Of a DNA stretch of 64,000 bases, positions 19,559-29,351 are shown piece by piece. This DNA comes from Staphylococcus epidermidis (GTDB taxonomy: Bacteria; Bacillota_I; Bacilli_A; RFN20; CAG-826). The first letter of the stretch is position 1; each line of letters opens with the position of its first letter. The notes beneath the pieces were generated by a model. It was not told the origin of the DNA. It saw only the letters and a list, made by a program, of their open reading frames with translations, and ran no database searches. The stretch is taken from NCBI GenBank assembly GCA_945870555.1, contig CAMBSI010000001.1, positions 21,656 to 85,655 on the forward strand, written 5' to 3'. The position numbers were made by a program, and so were the translations under genes.

Positions 19559-20732
19559 AGGTGTCCTTTACAATCATTAATTCTTCATTTGTCGGAATCA
19601 CCATCAACGCAACTTTACTTTCAGGTTTTGTAATCAACGCAATTTTTCCTCTTGTGGCCAAGTTACGATCATAATCTTCAACGATGCCAAGCGCATCCTT
19701 AATTTCTTCCATCACTAAATGACGATAGAAAGAGGAATTTTCTCCAATTCCCGCCGAAAAAACCAAGACATCTGCACCACCCAATCTTACATAATATTGT
19801 CCGATGAAATCTGCAATTCTTCTAACAAAAAGTTGATTGGCAAGAATCGCTTGGGGATTTCCTTGAAGGTGGGCCGCTTCGAGATCTCTAGAGTCGTTCG
19901 ATAATTTCGACATCCCTAATAAACCACTCTTTTTATTAAACATTTCGTAAATTGCTTCATGGGATTGTCCTGTTTTTAATGCGGCAAAATGAAGAACACT
20001 TGGATCAATATCCCCGGTTCGCGTTCCCATCATGATGCCACCTAATGGGGTTAAACCCATGGAGGTTGCAACTATTTTTCCATCCTTAATTGCAGCAAGC
20101 GAAGCCCCAGAACCCAGGTGGAGGGTAATAATTTTAGGATTTTTCTTTAAGGTAAAATGTTGTTTCACTTGCAAGGCAAGGTACTTGTGGGATGTACCAT
20201 GAAAACCATAACGTCTTATATCATGTTTTTCATACAACTCATATGGGATCGGAAATAAAAAATCTTGAGGTGCCATGGTTTGATGAAAAGCGGTATCAAA
20301 AACACCCACATTTTTAACCTTGGGTAAAATGCTTTGAAAGGCTTCAATCCCCATGAGGTTGGGTCCATTGTGTAATGGCGCTAAAGGAATGAACTCTTTA
20401 ACCTTATTGACGACATCAGCATTGATTACGACACTCTTAAAGAAGTATTTTCCGCCTTGTACGATACGGTGACCAACCCCTTCAATTTCTTCATAAGAAC
20501 GAATGACTTTTTTTTCAATTAAATACTTTAAAAGTAAGCTAACCCCTTGTTGATGATTCGTGATTGGTATATCAAGAACAAGTTTTTCTTGGCCTATTGA
20601 AAAGGTAAAGGAACCCATTGGTTGACCAATTCGATCTGCCATTCCTGAACAAAGAAGTGTTTCAGATGGCATATCGTATAACTTAAATTTTAAACTACTA
20701 CTTCCAGCATTGACCGCAATAATTTTACTCAT
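19539..20732 (-). CDS. ackA: Acetate kinase
   Basis: NAGSSSLKF, GHRIVQGG, APLHN, FDTAFH, RYGFHGTSH, GIGEN, TNEEL. Confidence 0.98.
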   Translation of the reverse strand: MSKIIAVNAGSSSLKFKLYDMPSETLLCSGMADRIGQPMGSFTFSIGQEKLVLDIPITNHQQGVSLLLKYLIEKKVIRSYEEIEGVGHRIVQGGKYFFKSVVINADVVNKVKEFIPLAPLHNGPNLMGIEAFQSILPKVKNVGVFDTAFHQTMAPQDFLFPIPYELYEKHDIRRYGFHGTSHKYLALQVKQHFTLKKNPKIITLHLGSGASLAAIKDGKIVATSMGLTPLGGIMMGTRTGDIDPSVLHFAALKTGQSHEAIYEMFNKKSGLLGMSKLSNDSRDLEAAHLQGNPQAILANQLFVRRIADFIGQYYVRLGGADVLVFSAGIGENSSFYRHLVMEEIKDALGIVEDYDRNLATRGKIALITKPESKVALMVIPTNEELMIVKDTYDIIKK

Positions 20733-20835
20733 AAGAAATCCAATTCTTTCCTTATGAATTATACCGAAAATATGATGGATAAGGAAACACTTTCTTTGAA
20801 ATATTTTTCAATTGAAACAAGGTATAATTAATGCA

Positions 20836-22695
20836 ATGGTTGAAAAAGAAATTTTAGAACACTTCTTCAATTTTGGTGCCTTTCAAGGTTTTGAGTATTT
20901 TGGAGCACATCCCTCAACTCAAACCATCAACGGAGTTCAAACAAATGGCGTTATTTTCAGGCTTTACGCACCCAATGCCACTAACATTTCCGTGGTTGGT
21001 GACTTTAATCAATGGCAGGGTTCTAAACATCCAATGCAAAAAGTTCATCCTTCGGGTGTTTATGAAGCTTTTATTAAGGAAGCAAAAATAGGCGATTGTT
21101 ATAAGTTTCAATTTACCAACACGTATGGTGTACAAGTTCAAAAAGCAGATCCTTATGCTTTTGCAGCGGAACTAAGACCATTAACTGCAAGTGTGATTAC
21201 AAGTTATGAAGGTTATCTTTGGCATGATGCTAACTATCTCAAACAACGGACAAGAAATTTTGATAAACCGATGTCTATCTATGAAGTCCATTTAGGCTCT
21301 TGGAAAAAACCCGAACAAAAAGAATTTTTTAGCTATGAAGAGATGGCAAATCAATTAATTCCATATGTTAAGGAACATGGATTTACACACATTGAAATTT
21401 TGCCTTTAACCCAACATCCTTTTGATGGTTCTTGGGGTTATCAAACAACAGGTTTTCATGCGGTCGATTCTAGATACGGTTCACTTCGAGGACTCATGAC
21501 GTTTGTTGATCGGTGCCATGAATTCGGGATTGGTGTGATCTTGGATTTTGTGATTGTTCACTTTGCAAGTGATGGTTTTGGTCTACATGAATTTGACGGT
21601 AGTAAACTTTATGAATATTTCGATCCTAGGCGAACGTATTCTCAATGGGGCTCTCCTCAATTTGATTTGAGTAAACCGGTCGTTAGAAGTTTGTTATTCA
21701 GTTCGATTAATTACTTCATCAATTATTTTCATTTAGATGGTATTCGAATTGATGCAGTCAGTAATATTGTCTACTGGGATGGAAATGTAGACCACGGAGA
21801 AAATAGCAGTGGCATTGCATTTATTCGAGATTTGAATGCGTTTATCCATCGTTACCATCCTACTGTGATGACGATTGCCGAAGACTCAACGGCATATGCT
21901 GGTGTAACCAAAGCCATTGACCAAGGTGGTTTAGGTTTTGATTACAAATGGGATATGGGTTGGATGAATGACACCCTCAAATATTATGCGGTTGACTTCG
22001 TTTATAAATATTATGATCATCACAAACTCACCTTTTCTATGCATTACTTTTATTCAGATAATTTCATGCTCCCGCTGTCGCATGATGAAGTGGTTCATGG
22101 CAAAGGAACTATCCTCAACAAAATGTGGGGTAGCTATGATGAAAAATTTGCCCTAGTTCGTAATCTTTATGCCTATCAATGGATGCACCCAGGTAAGAAA
22201 CTGCTTTTTATGGGTAGTGAATTTGCCTCATTTGATGAATGGAATGAGAAAACATCGTTACCTTGGTTTTTTACTCAATTTCCCAAACATGATTCGGTTC
22301 GTCGATTAATCAAAGATTTGAATCATCTTTATCAAAAAGAACCAGCTTTATATCTTCAAGAACATAACCCGGAAACATTTCGATGGTTAATGGTCGATAA
22401 TCGAAATGATAATGTTTATGCATTTGAACGTAAAATTAACAGTTCTTCAATAATAATTGTGTTAAATATGAAGGGTAATTACTATAATGATTATGATATC
22501 GGGGTCTTTGAACCAGGAATTTATCAAGAAATTCTAAACACTGACAACGAAATCTATAGTGGTTGGCATCGGTTAAATCAAAAACCAATCTCCACGCAAA
22601 CAAAAACTGGTCCAGAAGGAAAACCGTTAACCTTAACATTATCGGTGGGATCATTTGCAGTCATTGTTCTAAAAAAAATAAGCGATATTCGCTAA
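20836..22695 (+). CDS. glgB: 1,4-alpha-glucan branching enzyme
   Basis: YEVHLGSW, SWGYQ, GIRIDAV, IAEDST, LSHDEVVHGK, HPGKKLLFMG. ATG 20836 preferred over TTG 20812. Confidence 0.96.
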   Translation: MVEKEILEHFFNFGAFQGFEYFGAHPSTQTINGVQTNGVIFRLYAPNATNISVVGDFNQWQGSKHPMQKVHPSGVYEAFIKEAKIGDCYKFQFTNTYGVQVQKADPYAFAAELRPLTASVITSYEGYLWHDANYLKQRTRNFDKPMSIYEVHLGSWKKPEQKEFFSYEEMANQLIPYVKEHGFTHIEILPLTQHPFDGSWGYQTTGFHAVDSRYGSLRGLMTFVDRCHEFGIGVILDFVIVHFASDGFGLHEFDGSKLYEYFDPRRTYSQWGSPQFDLSKPVVRSLLFSSINYFINYFHLDGIRIDAVSNIVYWDGNVDHGENSSGIAFIRDLNAFIHRYHPTVMTIAEDSTAYAGVTKAIDQGGLGFDYKWDMGWMNDTLKYYAVDFVYKYYDHHKLTFSMHYFYSDNFMLPLSHDEVVHGKGTILNKMWGSYDEKFALVRNLYAYQWMHPGKKLLFMGSEFASFDEWNEKTSLPWFFTQFPKHDSVRRLIKDLNHLYQKEPALYLQEHNPETFRWLMVDNRNDNVYAFERKINSSSIIIVLNMKGNYYNDYDIGVFEPGIYQEILNTDNEIYSGWHRLNQKPISTQTKTGPEGKPLTLTLSVGSFAVIVLKKISDIR

Positions 22696-22716
22696 TTTAA
22701 AGGAGTTCACTGAGAT

Positions 22717-25122
22717 ATGTTTAAAAATAAAGAAGACTTTAAAGAGATTTTTCTCCAGCGTCTAGAATCAAAATTTGGCCGAACCGTTCATGATAGTCAC
22801 ATTACGGAACGTTATGAAATCTTAGGTCATATCATACGTGATTATGCTGGGCAGAATCTAAAGAAGTTACGGACGACGGATAATCAAAAACATCCACGGC
22901 AATTAATCTATTTTTCAATGGAATTCTTGATTGGTAAATTAATGTTAAGCAACTTACATAACCTTGGACTTTATGACATGGTTGAAGCCGGTTTAAAAGA
23001 CTTAAAGTTATCACTTCAAGAATTGATTGACATGGAAATGGACGCTGGTTTAGGTAACGGCGGATTAGGTCGACTCGCTGCATGTTTTTTAGATTCAATT
23101 GCTTCACTTGGTTATGCTGGTCATGGCAATACCATTCGCTATGATTATGGTTTTTTTAAACAAAAAATTGTCAACGGAAAACAAGTTGAGGTTCCAGACA
23201 TCTGGTTAAAGAATGGTAATGTTTGGGAAGTCAAAAACCTTAAACATAGTGTGGATATAAAATTCTATGGGCAAGCAGAAACCTATTTAAAACCTGATGG
23301 TGGTTATGCGATACGTACTGTCAATGCACTCAATGTTCGTGCGGTTCCTTATGATATGGCGGTTGTTGGTTACCATAATGGAGTGACCAATAATTTAAGA
23401 TTATGGGCTGCGGAACCAACTGAAGAAAATATTCCAAGCAATCAAAGTTTTAAAGAATATTTACAAACGGTTAAAGAAATTACCCACGGATTATATCCCG
23501 ACGATTCAACAGAACAAGGTAAAATTCTACGGTTAAGACAACATTATTTTTTAGTATCAGCTGGTTTGCAATCTGTGATTGGTTCGCATTATCGACGTTT
23601 TAAACGCATCGATGATGTTGCAAAATATTTTGTATTTCAACTGAATGATACCCACCCCATTCTTGCCATCCCTGAATTGATGCGAATCATGATGGATGAA
23701 TATGGCCAAACATGGGATGCTGCTTGGGCTCAAGTTACTAAATCAATGGCTTATACAAACCATACCGTTATGGCAGAAGCATTGGAAAAATGGCCTGTCC
23801 ATTATATACAACCATTACTTCCAAGAATTTACATGATTATCGAAGAAATTCATCGTCGTAGTCAACTCGAATTTAGCCAAAAACAACAATCCGATGACGC
23901 GAGAAAAAACATGGCAATTATCAAAGATGGCATGGTTTATATGGCTAACCTCGCTATTTATGCAACCTTTTCAACCAATGGTGTGGCAGCACTTCATACC
24001 GATATTTTAAAAGCAGATACGTTTAAAGATTTCTTTCAACTTTATCCAGAACGATTTAATAACAAAACCAATGGCATTACTCACCGTCGATGGATGATGT
24101 ATAGCAATCCTACTTTAGCCAATGCCATTACCAAACGTATCGGTGAAGGTTGGAAAACGCAACCGCAACAATTAGAAAAATTGTTGCCTTTTAAATCCGA
24201 TCGAAAATTACAAGATGAGTTAGCAACGATTAAATTAGCCAATAAAAAGCTCTTGGCAACATTCCTTAAGCAACATCAAGGTGTGGATCTTGATGTCAAT
24301 ATGATTTTTGATGTTCAAATCAAACGCCTTCATGCTTACAAAAGGCAGTTAATGAATGTGTTCCATATCATGTATTTATATCAACGGATGAAACAAGATT
24401 CACAGTTTAGAATTCCACCGAGAACCTTTATCTTTGGCGCAAAAGCTGCCCCAAGTTATTTTTATGCAAAAAAAATTATTGAGTTAATTCATTCGGTTGG
24501 CAAGATTATCAATGCTGATCCTCAAATCAATAAATTTTTAAGAGTTTTATTTGTTGAAAACTATAATGTTTCCATATCTGAAAAAATCATTCCAGCATCT
24601 GATATTTCTGAACAAATCTCAACAGCTGGTAAAGAAGCTTCCGGTACTGGAAACATGAAGTTTATGATGAATGGTGCCATTACTTTAGGAACATTAGATG
24701 GTGCAAACGTTGAAATTGCAGATTTCGTTGGCCTAGATAATGCCGTCATATTCGGAATGAAAGTCGATGAAGTCCAAGCGCTTACCCAAAATCGAAGCTA
24801 CCGTTCATGGGACATGTATGCCAAGTTTCCTCACATCAAAGCTTTAATCGATTCATTGATTGATGGTAGTTGGTCAGAAGGCAATATGGATACGTTCCGC
24901 CCAATTTTTGATGAAATGATGCACCGAAATGATGAATACTTTGTTCTCAAGGATTTTGATGCATACGTTGCAGCCCAAGAAAAAATTGGAAAACTTTATC
25001 AACAACCTCAACTTTGGCAATCGATGGCGATTGTCAATATTGCGCGATCTGGTTTTTTCTCTACGGATCGTACCATCCAACAATATGTTGATGATATTTG
25101 GAAACTGAAGAAAATTGTATGA
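22717..25122 (+). CDS. glgP: Glycogen/starch phosphorylase
   Basis: LGNGGLGRLAACF, QLNDTHP, KRLHAYKRQ, EASGTGNMKFMMNG (PLP lysine). Confidence 0.97.
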   Translation: MFKNKEDFKEIFLQRLESKFGRTVHDSHITERYEILGHIIRDYAGQNLKKLRTTDNQKHPRQLIYFSMEFLIGKLMLSNLHNLGLYDMVEAGLKDLKLSLQELIDMEMDAGLGNGGLGRLAACFLDSIASLGYAGHGNTIRYDYGFFKQKIVNGKQVEVPDIWLKNGNVWEVKNLKHSVDIKFYGQAETYLKPDGGYAIRTVNALNVRAVPYDMAVVGYHNGVTNNLRLWAAEPTEENIPSNQSFKEYLQTVKEITHGLYPDDSTEQGKILRLRQHYFLVSAGLQSVIGSHYRRFKRIDDVAKYFVFQLNDTHPILAIPELMRIMMDEYGQTWDAAWAQVTKSMAYTNHTVMAEALEKWPVHYIQPLLPRIYMIIEEIHRRSQLEFSQKQQSDDARKNMAIIKDGMVYMANLAIYATFSTNGVAALHTDILKADTFKDFFQLYPERFNNKTNGITHRRWMMYSNPTLANAITKRIGEGWKTQPQQLEKLLPFKSDRKLQDELATIKLANKKLLATFLKQHQGVDLDVNMIFDVQIKRLHAYKRQLMNVFHIMYLYQRMKQDSQFRIPPRTFIFGAKAAPSYFYAKKIIELIHSVGKIINADPQINKFLRVLFVENYNVSISEKIIPASDISEQISTAGKEASGTGNMKFMMNGAITLGTLDGANVEIADFVGLDNAVIFGMKVDEVQALTQNRSYRSWDMYAKFPHIKALIDSLIDGSWSEGNMDTFRPIFDEMMHRNDEYFVLKDFDAYVAAQEKIGKLYQQPQLWQSMAIVNIARSGFFSTDRTIQQYVDDIWKLKKIV

Positions 25123-25610
25123 TAATCCAACTCAAAGATTTATTTGCAGAACAAGTAAAGTTGGATACGCATATTCAGCAACAACACCAAGTCACCTATG
25201 GCACCACGAGAGAAAAACGAATCCTCGCACTCTTGGTTGAAGTCGGTGAGATGATCAACGAAACCAAAACCTTTAAATTTTGGTCAAAAAAACCAAGTGC
25301 AGAAAAGCCCATCATTTTGGATGAGTTTGCGGATGGCCTTCACTTTCTTTTGTCTCTTGCGATTGAAGTTAAATCTTCAAAAGTTTCCTATGAAATCATC
25401 AAGCAAAACCTAAGTTTAACTTCAGCAACGATTCTTGTTTTTCAAGCCGTCAGTGATTTATCAAAACAATGGTCTATTCCGCTCGTGGAACAGGCATTTC
25501 AACGATACTTAAACCTGATTCCTTTACTTGGTTTTACAACCGAAGAAGTCGTCAGTGCTTATTTTAAAAAATTAGGCATTAACTATACCCGTCAACAAAA
25601 TGCTTATTAA
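25119..25610 (+). CDS. Dimeric all-alpha dUTPase
   Basis: LALLVEVGE..NE...FKFWS, DEFADGLHFLLS, N..RQ...Y. ATG 25119 overlaps the glgP TGA. Confidence 0.85.
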   Translation: MIIQLKDLFAEQVKLDTHIQQQHQVTYGTTREKRILALLVEVGEMINETKTFKFWSKKPSAEKPIILDEFADGLHFLLSLAIEVKSSKVSYEIIKQNLSLTSATILVFQAVSDLSKQWSIPLVEQAFQRYLNLIPLLGFTTEEVVSAYFKKLGINYTRQQNAY

Positions 25611-25625
25611 AAATAGGAGAACCTT

Positions 25626-26714
25626 ATGAAACAAACCTGGTGGCCTTTATTAAAAAATCTATCCGAATTAAATGGTGTTTCTGGTTTTGAAAACCAAGTT
25701 GCAGCCTATATTGAAAAACAAATCAAGCCATTTGTTGATGAGATTCAATACGATGGATTGGGTTCTTTACTTGCGATTAAAAAAGGTACCAATCCAAATC
25801 TTACCGTGATGTTAGCAGCCCATATGGATGAAGTTGGATTTTTAGTATCTCAAATTGAAGATTCAGGGATGATTCGCCTTACACCAGTCGGTGGTTGGTG
25901 GGGCCACGTTTTGTTAGCACAAGTCATGACATTGACAACCCGAGAAGGAAAAACATTTCAAGGCATCATTGGCGCGAAACCTCCTCATGGGATGTCACCA
26001 GACGCGCGAAGTAAAGTTATTGAAATAAAAGACATGTATTTAGATTTAGGATTTTCAACGAAAAAAGATATTGAAAGCAAAGGCATTAGGATTGGTGATA
26101 TGATCACACCTCAAACCGATGCGATGATTCTAAATGATACCGATATTCTCATGGGCAAAGCTTGGGATAATCGCGTCAGTTGCGGTGTACTCATCGAATT
26201 GATGCGCCGATTAAAAACCGTCAAAACCGAAGCGTCGATTATCGCGACCTTTACGGTTCAAGAAGAAGTTGGTCTTCGGGGAGCAAAAACATCGGCCTAT
26301 AAGGCAAAACCTGATTTAGCTTTCTCCATCGATGTTACCCTTTCTCACGATTTGCCAGGAGCTCCAAAACAAGATACACGATTAGGTCAAGGAGTTGCCC
26401 TTTCCATCTTGGATGCAAGTGTAATTTCCCACCGCGGACTTGTTGAAGATGTGGAACGTGTTGCCAAGATTCATCAAATTCCTTTTACCTATGATGTGAT
26501 GCCCGTTGGCGGCAATGATGCCGGTGAAATTCATAAAGTATTTGACGGGGTCGTTGCCATGACCCTTTCCATTCCTTGCCGTTATTATCACTCACATACG
26601 TCGCTCGTCCATTTGAAGGATGTTGAATTAACCACGCAAATTTTAGAAAAATACGTGATTCAATTCACGCCAGCAATCTTAAAAGGTTTGCACGCCTCAA
26701 AGTTTAAAGCTTAG
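25626..26714 (+). CDS. M42 family metallo-aminopeptidase
   Basis: GVSGFE, AAHMDEVG, KAWDNR, QEEVGLRGA, RYYHS. Confidence 0.94.
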   Translation: MKQTWWPLLKNLSELNGVSGFENQVAAYIEKQIKPFVDEIQYDGLGSLLAIKKGTNPNLTVMLAAHMDEVGFLVSQIEDSGMIRLTPVGGWWGHVLLAQVMTLTTREGKTFQGIIGAKPPHGMSPDARSKVIEIKDMYLDLGFSTKKDIESKGIRIGDMITPQTDAMILNDTDILMGKAWDNRVSCGVLIELMRRLKTVKTEASIIATFTVQEEVGLRGAKTSAYKAKPDLAFSIDVTLSHDLPGAPKQDTRLGQGVALSILDASVISHRGLVEDVERVAKIHQIPFTYDVMPVGGNDAGEIHKVFDGVVAMTLSIPCRYYHSHTSLVHLKDVELTTQILEKYVIQFTPAILKGLHASKFKA

Positions 26715-26716
26715 TC

Positions 26717-27346
26717 ATGACGGTAGACTTGAACGGTGTTCACTATCCAGTTGACATCGTTTTTCGTCGACAAAAACGAATTGTTTTGCGGTTTTTAAAG
26801 AATACGTTTAAAGTTTCTGCTCCAAAGCGAACCCCATTACATTGGATTCAACAACAAATTCTTAATCATGGGCAAGGTTTGATTCTAACAATTAAACAGA
26901 TTCCTTCACCCTGGACCCCTGAAGGCATGTATGTGTTTGGTCGATGGCAATCTCTCAATGAGGTGACCCAAACGTTTTCATTAAAACCCCCCGTTAATAT
27001 AGAACAGTTAGGGTATGATTTGAAACGCTTGAAAAAAGTTTTTCTTCCCCCATTATTGGATCGCGTTCGCTATTGGCAAAAACACCTTAACATCAACACA
27101 GTTTATCGTATCAGTGTTCGCAATATGCGTTCGAGGTTAGGTTCCAATTCAAGAAAAACAAAACGATTAACGTTCGCTTTAAAACTGATTCATTTTTCTT
27201 GGCCAACGATTGATGCAGTGATCGTGCATGAATTAATCCATGATCGGCATTTTGATCATTCACCTAGGTTTTATCAATCGCTCTTGCAAGCTTATCCTCA
27301 ATATCGCCAAGAACATGCTAAAATTTTGAAAGGTCAGTATGAATGA
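26717..27346 (+). CDS. YgjP-like (DUF45) zinc metallohydrolase
   Basis: MRSRLGS, IDAVIVHELIH..HFDHSPRFY (HExxH motif). Confidence 0.8.
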   Translation: MTVDLNGVHYPVDIVFRRQKRIVLRFLKNTFKVSAPKRTPLHWIQQQILNHGQGLILTIKQIPSPWTPEGMYVFGRWQSLNEVTQTFSLKPPVNIEQLGYDLKRLKKVFLPPLLDRVRYWQKHLNINTVYRISVRNMRSRLGSNSRKTKRLTFALKLIHFSWPTIDAVIVHELIHDRHFDHSPRFYQSLLQAYPQYRQEHAKILKGQYE

Positions 27347-28091
27347 ATTAAAAAGTTTACAAGACGCCCACGTCAAGAAATTAAGATTGTTAAAAGATCA
27401 AGATGGACCCTTTGAACCAACCCATTTTTTAGTGGAGGGACAACATCTCGTAGACCACGCTTTAGCAGCAGGGGTTTTGGAATCAATTTATTTCACAGGA
27501 CCGATGCCCAAACTTCCGCCAACAGTTAAAGTATTTTACTGCGAACTACATGTGATTCAGGCAATCTCTCATCAAAAAAATCCTCAAGGGATTATTGGAT
27601 TATGTCGAAAAGTTAAAAGCCAAATCCCAATGGGTAACACGATCGTCTATCTTGATCAAATCAATGATCCTGGAAACGTCGGAACCATCCTTAGAACCAG
27701 TTTAGGTTTAGGCATTTCAACCGTTATTTTTTCACCTAAAACTGCCAATCGATATCAACCGAAAGTGATTGCAAGTTCTCAAGGGGCGATGTTTGGATTA
27801 AACCTTCTCGAAGATACTGAAGACGCGTCGTTATTGAAACAGTATCGTGATGAAGGTTATCACGTGGTGGCCACCAATTTATCTACCCAAGCGATTCCAT
27901 TAGAAAAGTATCGGTTTAAAGAAAAGAATATCATCATCGTCGGCAATGAATCTCACGGCATTCGCCCGGACATAACTGCGCTTGCCCATGGCCAATTAAC
28001 GATTCCCATGAAGCACATTGACTCGATGAATGTATCGGTAGCTTTTGCAATCATTGCCTATCGCTGCATGCAATACACGCCAGCATCGTGA
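27339..28091 (+). CDS. TrmH/SpoU family RNA methyltransferase
   Basis: FLVEG, DPGNVGTILR, GNESHGI, IPM...SMNVSVA. Confidence 0.92.
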   Translation: MNELKSLQDAHVKKLRLLKDQDGPFEPTHFLVEGQHLVDHALAAGVLESIYFTGPMPKLPPTVKVFYCELHVIQAISHQKNPQGIIGLCRKVKSQIPMGNTIVYLDQINDPGNVGTILRTSLGLGISTVIFSPKTANRYQPKVIASSQGAMFGLNLLEDTEDASLLKQYRDEGYHVVATNLSTQAIPLEKYRFKEKNIIIVGNESHGIRPDITALAHGQLTIPMKHIDSMNVSVAFAIIAYRCMQYTPAS

Positions 28092-28104
28092 TATAATTTA
28101 GATG

Positions 28105-28282
28105 TTAAGAAAGATTAAGTAGTATGTCACCAGGGACGAGTGAACAGTGAAACCACTCACAACATATGAAATTCACTTTCAATCAATTAACCGTTGATGG
28201 CGTTAACATCAAATTAAGTGCGGTCAAACGAAAAAGGATGGTACCACGGCTTCGGTCGTTCCTTACGGATGACTTTTTTTAT
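28105..28282 (+). ncRNA. T-box riboswitch (Phe, specifier TTC)
   Basis: AGGGA...AGTGAAA, GAAA-TTC-ACTTT specifier at 28172-28174, T-box AAGGATGGTACCACGG, downstream U-tract. Confidence 0.88.
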
Positions 28283-28299
28283 TTAAGGAGGCCAAATAG

Positions 28300-29337
28300 A
28301 TGGGCTTAACAGAAAATATCCAAGCGATTTTATCAAAGGGTTTACTCGCAATTGAAAAAGCATCAGATTTACCACAACTACAAGAAGTCCGTAACCTTTA
28401 TTTAGCCAAAAAATCTGAATTAATGGGTGTTTTTACCTTGCTCAAAGATATGGATGGAGAGGCTAAAAAACAAGTAGGTCAGCAAATCAATGCTGCTCGG
28501 GATCAACTCACACAGGCACTTGATTTCAAACAAAACCAACTGCAACAAGCATTTATCCAAGCAAAGTTAAAAGAAGAAGTCATCGATATTTCCCAACCAA
28601 GCGTGCAAGCATATCAAGGTTCTGTTAATCCTTTTTTCCTCATTGAACAAACGATTACCGATATTTTTATTGCGATGGGATATCAAGTTGCCGAAGGTCC
28701 AGAAGTTGAAAGTGATCATTATAATTTTGAATTATTAAACATTCCAAAAGATCATCCTGCAAGAGAAATGCAAGACTCTTTATATTTTGATGAAAATACA
28801 TTACTGAGAACGCATACTTCACCCGTTCAAGCTCGGGTCATGCAAGCAAGTCAAGGTAAGCCAATCCAAATCATTTGCCCTGGGAAAGTTTATCGACGAG
28901 ATGAAGACGATGCCACCCATTCACACCAATTTGGTCAAGTTGAAGGATTGGTCGTTGCTGAAGGCATGAACTTAGGCCATCTGAAACAAACCTTACAGTC
29001 TTTTGCTAAAAAAATGTTTGGTGATAAACGTGATATTCGTCTCAGACCGAGTTTTTTTCCTTTTACAGAACCAAGTGTTGAAATCGATGTGAGTTGTTTT
29101 GAATGTGGTGGTAAAGGCTGTAACTTATGTAAACAAACCGGTTGGATTGAAATCCTTGGTGGAGGCATGGTCCATCCACGGGTCTTATCGATGAATGGTT
29201 ATGATCCCAAACGCTTTCGAGGGTTTGCGTTTGGTATTGGGATTGAACGCGTTGCCATGCTCAGATATGGTATTGATGACATTCGCCGATTTTATCAAAA
29301 TGATTTACGTTTCATTCAACAATTTAAACGAAAATAA
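28300..29337 (+). CDS. pheS: Phenylalanine--tRNA ligase alpha subunit
   Basis: HPAREMQD, LRTHTSPVQ, RPSFFPFTEPS, GFAFGIGIER. Confidence 0.98.
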   Translation: MGLTENIQAILSKGLLAIEKASDLPQLQEVRNLYLAKKSELMGVFTLLKDMDGEAKKQVGQQINAARDQLTQALDFKQNQLQQAFIQAKLKEEVIDISQPSVQAYQGSVNPFFLIEQTITDIFIAMGYQVAEGPEVESDHYNFELLNIPKDHPAREMQDSLYFDENTLLRTHTSPVQARVMQASQGKPIQIICPGKVYRRDEDDATHSHQFGQVEGLVVAEGMNLGHLKQTLQSFAKKMFGDKRDIRLRPSFFPFTEPSVEIDVSCFECGGKGCNLCKQTGWIEILGGGMVHPRVLSMNGYDPKRFRGFAFGIGIERVAMLRYGIDDIRRFYQNDLRFIQQFKRK

Positions 29338-29351
29338 TTGAGGAAAACATC

